From NCBI GenBank assembly GCA_033442325.1, contig JAWQFM010000028.1, positions 282,405-308,779 on the forward strand: a DNA stretch of 26,375 nucleotides, in the 5' to 3' direction. Source of the DNA: Salpingoeca rosetta. Its lineage: Eukaryota; Protista; Choanoflagellata. Shown here piece after piece: positions 13,449 through 26,375 of the stretch (the first letter of the stretch is position 1; every line of letters starts with the position of its first letter). The position numbers and the translations under genes were made by a program. The notes under the pieces are model-generated. The model saw nothing but the letters and a program-made list of their open reading frames with translations. It ran no database searches and was not told the origin of the DNA.

Positions 13449-14169
13449 ACTCACTCACCCCTCCGTTAGCGTATCCACGCGGTGAACAACGGAACGGTGG
13501 TGAACGCCGCCTCCACCATCTACCGCAACCCGTCTGCCCCCGTGCACGTCGTGCAGGTAGTCGCTCATTTGTTATGCTGTATTGTGTACGTGTTTCCACA
13601 TGCTTATGTCCGTTCATCTGCCTTTCCATGCCCATTCCGCTGTCTGTCTGTTTGTCTGCGTGCGTGCCTGTGCTCACTGAAACGCCGCCGCTCTGGACTG
13701 GTTCTCCTCTGCGCGCGCCATGACAGGGCAACGCTGGCGTGTTTGAGGATGTGGAGTGGGTGACGCCAACGCCCGGTTGGAGTGCCGTCCGCAAGAGCCG
13801 CATCGGTTCGTGCACTCGGTGATGTGAGAGAGAGAGAGAGAGCGTGTGTGTGTGTGTTTGTGTTTGCTTGTGTGTACGACTCGTGCGTGTTGATCCCTGT
13901 GTGTGCAGTTTCGTTCTGACTTCCTCATAATCACCCATCTTCACTCGACATGTATGCGCTACTCTCTTCCCCCAACCAACCCCCCAACACACACACGCAC
14001 ACACGTCCGTCATGCCTTTGCGGGTGACTTGACATGTTATTCCTCCACCTCCACGCACGCAACAGGGTATGGCCGGTTTGAAGTGTACAACGCCACACAC
14101 CTTTTCTACGAGAGCCTGGAGCTTGCCACCCGCGAGGCCATGGACCAGTTCTGGATCATCAAGTCCTGA
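10010..14169 (+). CDS. Secreted purple acid phosphatase (FN3-like N-domain, metallophosphoesterase, C-terminal domain) with an N-terminal EF-hand; one internal exon not recoverable
   Basis: Exons 10010-10295, 10520-10710, 10937-11122, 11253-11349, 11535-11581, 11727-11772, 12036-12126, 12393-12454, 12731-12856, [gap], 13150-13195, 13470-13556, 13727-13805, 14066-14169. PAP motifs FGDMG, HQGDIAY, VGNHE and CGHMHIYER; also [35 protein letters not shown] and GYGRF. The expected GHRP motif after PWIILV is absent. Confidence 0.9.
13270..13457. repeat. Compound (CACT)n/(CA)n/(CT)n microsatellite, intronic
   Basis: Directly visible in PAP intron 13196-13469. Confidence 0.9.
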
Positions 14170-14756
14170 ACAACGAACGCCATCCATGCCGTACGCCGAC
14201 AACAAGCCAAAACCACACAATCAAAGCATGTTCTGTGTTACCCTTTCCCATCATCGCCCACCCATCTCTGCATCCAACAGCTTCAACCAAAGCCCCTTTT
14301 CGTTGTGACATGAACTTGTCGCGGCGGCACATGTTTTCGTTCCCGACACCATTAAAAGTGGCATTGCACAAAATCAATGCCTGCACGCATTTTTGTTTGT
14401 CGCGGTCGCCGCGCAACTTGCAAACCCAGCCACGCTTGGCATCCTGTGGGGGTGACGATGGATATGGCGGCTCTTGCAGGACTGCGTGCGAGTATGAGTG
14501 AGCGTGGGTGAGTTTGGGAAGCACGACGACTCCTCGTCACCCACGCTTGCATCCATTTCTCTCCGTTCCACTGCTGCTTCATCACCAACAACAACACACA
14601 CTTCTTTCCTTGCCCGAGCAAGAGAGAGAGCACATCAACGGCAACAACACCAACAGCACCAACAACACCAGCACCACCAACAACAACACCAGCAGACGGA
14701 CGAGCCGATCTCAACCTCATCAACCTCCTTGCCCACCCCCTTGCACGAAACCAACC

Positions 14757-15010
14757 ATGGCTGCCTCGTTGCGATCTTTTGTGATGTTGCTGCTGGCGTG
14801 CTGTTTTGCGCTCGCTGTCATCACCGGCCCTTCCATGATGGCGGATGCCCGCCCCGTGGCCGTCGCAGCCGATGCTGTGGCTGTGCAGCAACAGCAAGCG
14901 GAGGTCGTCCCCTTTGCACGCAACCGCCGCAGCAAGCATAGCGCCAAGACTGGCTTTCCTGCCGAACGATTCCCTCTCTCAAAGGAGGGCGCCCGCGCCA
15001 GGCGTGACGT

Positions 15011-15073
<63 letters not shown>

Positions 15074-15077
15074 TGCC

Positions 15078-15128
<51 letters not shown>

Positions 15129-15620
15129 GAAGTGTGGATACACAACCTTCCTGCGCTTGAATATCTCTCTGCCCCTGCCCCTGCCCCTGTCTCTGCCCCT
15201 GCCCCTGCCCCCTTGCTCTTCTCTTCATCCCCACCGCTCTTTCATCGCCCTAACCCCCCCCCCACTCCACTATCGTTCCCTTCTCTCAGGCTGAGGTCGA
15301 CCCCGAACTGGAGGAGCGATTCCGTAAACAGGTGCTTGGCGTGAAGAACGCAAAGCAACACCGCATGCGTGCCGCCGCCGCCCCTGCCGCCCCTGCCGTG
15401 GTACGGAGACATATCCATCATGAGAGCATGATGCGCGTTGAAAGGGAACATCTTGTCCATGTCCATGTTGCCGCAGGCAGCTTGTGTGCTTGTGTAGTTG
15501 CTTGTTGTGAAGTTGCTCCGATCTTTCTCTCACAATGACATGACCCGTATACTTGTGTATCCTCGTGCCTGCTTGCAGTCTGAGCCATTCAAGAGCTCTC
15601 ACTCCAAGAACCACAAGTAA
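14757..15620 (+). CDS. Small secreted prepropeptide-like protein (~134 aa) with signal peptide and two furin-type sites; function unknown
   Basis: Exon 1 14757-15008 (ACCATGG start, GTAAGT donor), exon 2 15290-15400 (pyrimidine-rich CAG acceptor, GTACGG donor), exon 3 15579-15620 (TTGCAG acceptor, TAA). All junctions are phase 0. Product: MAASLRSFVMLLLACCFALAVITGPSMMADARPVAVAADAVAVQQQQAEVVPFARNRRSKHSAKTGFPAERFPLSKEGARARRDAEVDPELEERFRKQVLGVKNAKQHRMRAAAAPAAPAVSEPFKSSHSKNHK. The exon 2 end and exon 3 are less certain than exon 1. Confidence 0.75.
15013..15128. repeat. (GT)n followed by (GTCT)n microsatellite, intronic
   Basis: Starts immediately after the GTAAGT donor at 15009. Confidence 0.9.
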
Positions 15621-15958
15621 CGCCAGACCCACCAAGCACCTCCTCCAAGTCTTTTGTCCCCCCCCCCTTGTTTTTCCACCACACACACACACACACACAC
15701 ATCAACTGCTTTTGCCCCTCACTTATGATGAATGCTGTGTTATGTTACAACGTTATTTGTCTTGTTACCTTGTCTTGTTGTGATTGCTTTGCCGACGCCA
15801 TGCCCTGCCACCAGCGTTCAAATCAGTCCAAATACACACCAACAGCTCCAGCTTGCTCCAATTGTAATGGGTTGGTTTACTTGTGGTCAGCAGGTTACGT
15901 TATTGATGAGAACACAACACGCGCCTCTTCCCTTCCCCCTCCCCACAAGTGTCATTTT

Positions 15959-16019
<61 letters not shown>

Positions 16020-16099
16020 TACGAAACAGAACAAAGCACAAAACCATTCTCAGTGTCGACAAGCAAAGAGAGAAAGCCAGAATAGCACATGCGCGCGCA

Positions 16100-17017
16100 T
16101 TAACGGTGATGGCGACGCATGGTGTCAACCACGTCGAGCTGAGTCAGCACCTGCCAGACAGCCATATCCCAGCGGTTGCGCGGATGCGCCTCCTCGCTCT
16201 CTGCGCGAGCCGTGCTGATACGCCGGCCAATGTGGTCGCGCAGGCTTGGCGACTCGCCAGCGCGCACGTGCTCTGGCTGCTGCAGTGGCACGCGCGGCCC
16301 TTCGATGCTCTCCATCTCCATATCCGACAGCTTGCCTGCCTCGCCCTCCTCCAAGATGACCGGCGTGATGAGGTGCGGCTCAACCAGACGTCCGCGCTCA
16401 CCCTCGTCCTCGCCTTCCTCAACCTCAACGGCAGTGCCGCTGTCGGTGCGGTCGCGGTGGCGGCGGCGGCGGCACACACGTGCCATCCACGGCCATGGGT
16501 CGGTCGTGATAGAGTCTGGCAGGAGGTTGAACATGGTGGACCATGCCAGCGGCAGGAAAGCAATGAGCACGCATGCGCCCCACTGGTTTGCACTCAGCGG
16601 CTCCGTCTCGATGGCCGTGCCGCCAAACTCGGTGATGAGGACCTGAATGATGAGGGAGAACACCCACACGCCGCAGAAGATCCAGTGGCGGGTGAGGCCG
16701 GCCAGGATGTTGAGCTCGCCCCGAAGCTTGCGGCAGTTAAGCTGGTTCACAAGCTGACTCAGCACAAATGAGGTGAAGATGATCGTGTAGTGGCGCACGG
16801 AAAACTGGGCCTTCTCGTTCTTGGCTGGGTCCTTGTGCGAGTTAAACCAATCCTCGCCAGCGTACAGGATCGTCAGGAACGTCGCAGACTGCCGCAAGAC
16901 AATAGTGTGATACAAGGGGTAATTGGTGGGGCTTGTGAGTGTGTGAATGTACAAAAAGACTATGTGGGTGGGAATGTGCACGTAAAATGCAACAACACAG
17001 GCATCGCGTGCAACCAT

Positions 17018-17048
<31 letters not shown>

Positions 17049-18670
17049 CTGCATGACGACTTGGAAGATCATGCGCCTGATCATGTATGTGGTGAGGAGG
17101 GGCTCGCTTCGGTCATATGGCTTGTACGTGAGCAGCTTCTCCGTGGGTGGCTCCGTCGCCAAAGCGAGCGCTGCAAACGAGTCCCTGAACACAAGCACGT
17201 ATGTATATGTGTATGTACGTGTGCGTGTGTGAGGAAGAGGTGAGACGAAGACTTGTGCGACGAATATGTGTGAAACGACAAGCATCAACTTGCAGGCCAA
17301 TCAGCATCCCCCGCGAACATATGCCGTGCACACTCCAACAACAAATCATGCCTGCTAAAGGCGACATGAAAGAGCAGACAAACGCACATGATGAGGTTGA
17401 TCCACAGCAGCTGGACAGGCTTGAGCGGGGAGTTGTCGGCGTTGCCATTCGGGTCGCTCAGGACAGCAACAAGGACGACGATGATGGCAGTAAAGTTGAC
17501 CGTCAGCTGGAACTGCAGGAACTTGCGAATGTTGTCAAACACATTGCGGCCCCACTTGATGGCGTTGACAATGGAGGCGAAGTTGTCGTCCAGCAGCACA
17601 ATCGCAGACGCCTCCTTGGCCGCCTCGGTACCAGAGAGACCCATGGCAAAGCCAACATCCGCCTTCTTCAGCGCAGGGCCATCGTTCACGCCGTCGCCAG
17701 TCACAGCAACAACATCGCGCTGCTTCTGCAGCAGCGTCACCAGCTTGAGCTTGTCGAGGGGCGATGAGCGGGCAAGAATGCGGAGACGGGGCAGAAGTGG
17801 AATCAGCTCCTCCTCGCTCTTGTTCCGGAAGTCAGGGCCCTCCATGCAGATGTGGTCCTCAGATTCCTGCACGTGGTGGCCCGGGCATTTGTTTGCGTTG
17901 TGTTTGTGTGACGATGTGAGAGGATGTGTACTTGCAGTTGGCCATGTGCGCACGTGAACATGAAAATCACACCAATACAACGATCAAGGCGACAACTGCT
18001 CTCGCTAACACGCACACACACACACACGTTTTCTTGCTCTCTCTCTCTCGCACACACACGCACACACGTCGCAATCTGAACACAACGACACAAACCACTC
18101 ACGTCAAAGAGGCCGCAATTCTTGCCAATGTTGCGGGCAATGGCAGCAGCGTCACCGGTCACCATACGCACAGTCACGCCTGCGCTCTGACACGCGCGCA
18201 CGGCGTCGCGCACCTCCGGACGCAGCGGATCCTGGATACCAACCAGGCCCTGGTGGTGGTGATGGTGGTGTCGGTGGTGTTGGTTGTGGTTGAGACATCA
18301 GGAGCGTGCAATCGCCGCTTGTGATAATGCCGTCGTTGTTGTGGGAACTGGTTATACTCAAGCACACACACACACGCACACACACACGCGCACACACGCC
18401 GACGTACGAGGAGGACGAGTTCTGGCTTGTCGGTGTCTGTCCAGTCCTGGTCGTTGTCTGAGCAGCGGAATGCCATTCCGATGGAGCGAAGCGCTTTCTC
18501 GCCCATCACCGTCAACTTGTCCTCAAACCGCTTGCGCGCATCAGCAGTCATCTCTTTCACGCTCCCATCACTGTGTGTGTGTGTGTTTGTGTGTATGTCG
18601 TTGTTATTGTTGCACATGAGCGAATGTAAGAACTCAACAGTAAGTTCAACGCGATCTTCAACACTGCCCC

Positions 18671-18712
<42 letters not shown>

Positions 18713-21155
18713 CAGCACCAGCACCGCGACTTCAACTCACGCTGCGACGTATCGCGTGGACATCTCGAGGAGGACCTCTGCGGCGCCCTTAACGTGCTGG
18801 ATGTTTTTTCCTTCGCCCGAGACCGGGGTACCGCTGGAGCTCACGACCGTGGACATGCGCTTCTTGTCAGAGGAGAACGAATACACCTTCTCAACCTGAG
18901 TCGATGTGCAGGAGGGGGCACAGAGAGGGGGGGGGGTGAGAGGCATGGGTGAATAAGACGGAAGGTGAATGATGGTGGTGGTGGTGGTTTGGGCGGACAT
19001 GAGCGCTCGAGGAATACAATGAAACGAGCGAGCAACGAGAGTGGAGAATTGGTTCAACAACAATTGCTCACAAACTCCATGCGCCACGCACCTCCGTTGC
19101 CTCGCGGATCTTGGTGTAGTCCTGGCCAAGGGTTCCGAGAAAACCAAGTAGTGCACCTGAACATGAAGGCAGGAGGGAGGAAGTGTGGAAGATGACACAT
19201 TGTCATGTGAGCACGCAAACGGCAGCGAACCGATGACGCACGCGGGCATGAAGACATGCACACCTACGCACACCTACGCACACATGTGCACACACACACA
19301 CACACACGGGACGCACATTCGGTCCTGCTTCCGACAAAGGTGACGACGCCTTCCTCGTTGATGCTCTCGTATGCGGTGCTGTTGACAGCAATGCTGTTGT
19401 ACAGCAGCCGCAGCATGTCGTTGTTCATCTTGTCAGACTTGCCCTGTGTCAGCAAGTGGACGCAAACGAGTGTGGTTGAAGAGTAAGATGAGAAACAGGA
19501 TGGACAAAGAGCTGCACACAAACCAAACACAACACAACACAACACACTGCACCCCAACACACTACACTGCACTACAACACAGCGCGATTAAACAACGCGG
19601 CAAAGAACACGACACAACTGTAGCAGATGGCAACACTGCTAAAGCCACCACCAGCCACATACCGTCTTGTTGTCGATTGGCAACTCTTCCTTCTCGTTGG
19701 AGTCGAACATGGTGTCCAGCAGCACGCCTTCAACCACCGTCATCTTGTTCTGCGTGAGTGTTCCCGTCTTGTCGCTGCAGATTGTGGTGGCGCCACCCAT
19801 TGTCTCGCACGCATCCAAGTGACGCACGAGGTTGTTGTCGCTGTGCACGTGTGCATGGTTGTGCATATGAAGGTGTGCATGTGTGTGTGTGTTTGTGGGT
19901 GAGAAGACGGGAGAGCAAGCAAAGACATGCAGGCGCGGCTTGAAGGTGGATCGGAACCACAACTGCATTTGAACAGCGACGTGCACACACACACACACAA
20001 GCAGCAGCACCACACACACACACACACAATGCGGCACAACAAGCAGCAACACAACAACCACCACGCTGCCAAGCATACCGCATCATGTTCTTCATGGAGT
20101 AAGCGAGGGCGATGGTGACAGCGAGCGGCAACCCCTCCGGCACAGCCACAACGACGATGCTGATGGCAATGATGAGAAAGTCGACGGCGTTGTTGGCGGC
20201 GTCGGTTCCGTTCACGTCAGAGCCCGCCACTGCAAAGTACTTGATCAGCTGCGCACGCACAGGGAACAAAAAAAAAAAGTCGACGAGACCAGGGATGTTT
20301 GGATTATCGTTTGTGCGGGTGGTTGATGGGGGGGGGGTAGTTGTGAGGCCCATCTTTGTTCAGAAGTGTGGAGGCTTGAAAAGCACGCGAAGAACACACA
20401 CGCACATGTAAGCACCACACACACACATACACACACACACACGCACATGTAAGCACCACCACACACACACACACACACAACCACACAGCCACATGTACAC
20501 ACCTGTGCGAAGAAGATGAGGAGGGCGGTGATGATACCAAAGTTACCGATGAAGTTTGCGAGCTTTGAGAGCTTGACCTGAAGCGGGGTGTCCTCGTTTG
20601 GCGTGCGCAGGGACATGAGGATACGGCCTTTGAACGAGTGCTCGCCAACGCAGATGACAAGCATCACGCCAGACCCGCCCGTCAGCTGTTGTTGGAGAGA
20701 GGATGAAGGTGATGGAGAAGGGAAGGAGGCGTGAGAAGATGTGACAAAACGGGAAGGAGGCGTGAGAAGGTGTGGCAGCGGCAAGGAGGTGATGCAATCA
20801 TGAATACTACATCAACAACACAACACATAAGCAGATAAACACACAAACAAACAAACAAAGACAACTGAACAAATAACCAACCAACACCCACAAACACGCA
20901 CACACACACACACACACCTGCGTGCCGGAGAGGAAGAAAGGGTCGCGGTTGGGGGCGTGGCCTTTCTTCTTGTGCTCGCTCTCACCGGTGGCGGATGACT
21001 CGTCCGCAACAACAGACTCGCCAGATACAAAGACGCCGTCTGTGACACACGAGGTGTCATGTGGGGTGGAGGGGTGTGAGGAGTGGAACAAAGGTTACGT
21101 GTGCGAACAGTCGAGGCCATCGCTAGGTTCATAAAGCATTGACGTCCGCGTTCGT

Positions 21156-21186
<31 letters not shown>

Positions 21187-22108
21187 TTACAGGCACCACT
21201 GCATGGCTGTGGAACATCGCTTGTTCTCTCTCCAAAAACAACACGACACAACACAACTCAAACACAACACAACACAACACGACACAACACGACACGCGCA
21301 CCTGCTGGGACGACGTCGCCCGTGTCCACGACGACCAGATCGCCAACAACAACTTCATACACGGAGACGCGGAGCTTCTTTCCGTTGCGAATGATCGTCA
21401 CCTCGTGATCGTTCTTGATTTCGTTGAGACGGCGGAACTGGCGCTCCTTCTGGTAGTCGTTCAGGCTGGTGATGGCAACGACGACGATGATGGCGACAAA
21501 CACGGCAACGCCGTCCTTCCATCCAAGCTCGGGCCCCTCCGTGACCATTCCAATGACAAGACTGATGGTAGCAGCAATGCACAGCATGATGAGCGTCTTA
21601 TCCTGTAACGCCTCCCACACGAGGTGTAGCAGGGAGCGAAACTGGACCGGTGGGAGCTTGTTCACGCCAAAGTGCTCACGGTTGTGCTCCACAACATCGT
21701 CGCTGCTGATGCCCTTGTCCATAGAGGTTTTCAGGTGCTGGCACAGCGCGTCCACACCGCCGATGGACTGCAGCAGCTCGGGGCTCTTGGGATCAACCAG
21801 TGCATACCTGAGAGCATGGAAGGAACAGGATGGTGACGTGAGGAGTGCGCCGGGGTGAGGACAGGGGGGGGGGGTGGGAGCGAGAAGCGCGGTGCAGGCA
21901 ATTGCTAACAGCAACTTCGAACAAGAGTCATTGCGAACCACGACAAAGTCACGCAGGCTCGCAAGCGCATCATTCAGGGCACGCACACAGCAAGCGCATG
22001 GGACACACACACACACACACACACACATGCAGCACGCACGCGCACACACACATGCAGCACACATGCAGCACGCACGCACACACACACACACACTCCCACA
22101 CACACACT

Positions 22109-22150
<42 letters not shown>

Positions 22151-22483
22151 CAGCACACATACAACGCACAGGTCATCGATGGAGAGCTCCTGGCCGCTGG
22201 CGCCCATGGTTGTCTTGAGATGCGCGGCGGCTGTCTCGCTGTCAAAGGCGGGCTTGGAGACGGATTCCTTACGACCGTTCTCCAAGTCATCCGGTGTCGG
22301 CGATGACGCGCCGGTGGCTTCGGGCGCATTGCCGTTCACGCCGTTCATGACACCGCCGTTGTGCTGGGGCAAGAGGTCAGTCTCGCTCTCCTGCACCACG
22401 TTGCCGATGCTTGTTGGGTTTCCGATAGCGATGCGGTAGCTATCGGTTCTTTCGTCGATGTTCGTCTCTGCTGTCGACTTCAT
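16100..22483 (-). CDS. ATP2B: Plasma-membrane-type calcium-transporting P-type ATPase (P2B, PMCA)
   Basis: Exons 22483-22170, 21807-21302, 21039-20918, 20685-20503, 20248-20079, 19840-19663, 19443-19317, 19156-19092, 18895-18741, 18570-18408, 18249-18103, 17866-17388, 17184-17049, 16888-16100, all phase-consistent. Motifs: [127 protein letters not shown]. Confidence 0.97.
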
Positions 22484-23549
22484 GCTTCACTACACACAAG
22501 CAAAAGCGCCCAATCCTCGGCTAGTTGTGTGTGTGAGTGCGTGTGTGTGTGTGTGTGCACGTGAGTGCGTGTGCGTGTGTGTGCACGTGAGTGCGTGCGT
22601 GTGTGTGTGTATGTGTGTGTGAGCGAAGTGAATAGTAAACGTGCAGACTCGATGGGAGAATAAATGAGTGGTCACGTGTACGTGCAATGTGTGGGGCGAG
22701 CAAGCGCTTCCACCATCGCCACAACAAACTCCGCGCGCAGAACAAGGCAGCAATGTTGGCGGAGGACCGCTCAACATGCACGAACGTCAACAGATGCAAA
22801 GCGGATGATGCGCAGGGCCTTGACAATCTTCACAGCCCTCATGGCAGGGGGGGGGGGTGTACCTGCCCAAGAAATGGACCCGAGGGGCTGCGAGTTGAGG
22901 CACAGAGAACGTTGGGCAACGCCAAAATCTGGAGAAGCAATGACGTGATCGCATGCAGATACAACGTGCAACGTGCAGGTGTGCCACTCTCCGGTCAGAA
23001 TGCGCACACACAGCAAGGCTGGCTGGTGCAATCGAGTGCCATGACAACCTGGCACGATGCAGCTCACAAAGAGGCATGCACGGAACCAACCACGCACACG
23101 CGCACCCGCACCCGCACATCGAGCACACGCGCTCATACCACCCTCCCATCTTTTCCACACACACACACACCTTGCAGGCAGCGAGGGTTTGTGGCTGTGT
23201 GTGATGTTCGCTTCACAACCACCATGCAAAGTAAGCAAGACACTTGTTTGGGTGCTCGATTTCTTCGCCTTCTTGCTTCTTGTCCTTTTTGGCTGGCAAC
23301 AACAGATTTCGTCCGAATTTAGCGGTTCGCGTCATCGGTTGCAGCGAACTGCCCGGTTCGCGATGATTCGCTGAAGATGCCCAAGAATCGGCGTTGGCTG
23401 CAATGTAGTTGTTCATTGGTACGGGCCCAGGCGAGCACAATGAGAAAAAAATAAAACAAATAGTAGTGCACTGCGTAGCCCTCACTGTTTACCCCTGCTG
23501 CTGTTGCTGTTGTTGTTGCGTAGCAGACGGACGGACAGCGGAGACAAGC

Positions 23550-26375
<2,826 letters not shown>

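Noticed and set aside
15668-16771. 367-aa plus-strand ORF
   Set aside because: Antisense shadow of the GC-rich last PMCA exon plus a (CA)n tract.
20721-20769. 18-bp direct repeat GGAAGGAGGCGTGAGAAG x2
   Set aside because: Only two copies inside an intron; a local tandem duplication, not a CRISPR array or mobile element.
22687-23322. 211-aa plus-strand ORF and overlapping minus-strand ORFs
   Set aside because: No recognisable domain, it runs through CA-type repeats, and it is better explained as the PMCA 5'-UTR intron/leader.

Overview
Intron-rich eukaryotic DNA with GT-AG introns full of (CA/TG)n microsatellites. The style suggests a choanoflagellate such as Salpingoeca rosetta (inference, not verified). 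Manual splicing supports seven protein-coding genes: (1) SLC25A39/40-type mitochondrial carrier (-, running off the left edge); (2) phospholipase B-like lysosomal Ntn-hydrolase (-); (3) an intronless secreted protein with coiled coil, Thr linker and 7-bladed beta-propeller (-); (4) a purple acid phosphatase with an N-terminal EF-hand and an apparently missing metal-ligand exon (+); (5) an orphan ~134-aa prepropeptide with a signal peptide and two furin sites (+); (6) a PMCA-type Ca2+-ATPase (-); (7) a secreted 2xLamG + PAN + poly-Thr protein (+, running off the right edge). Most ORFs in the supplied track are microsatellite artefacts. Best leads: the prohormone-like precursor (14757-15620), an intergenic two-hairpin element with H/ACA RNA architecture (3432-3665, -), paired (UG)n/(CA)n tracts bracketing many introns, and the intronless propeller gene.
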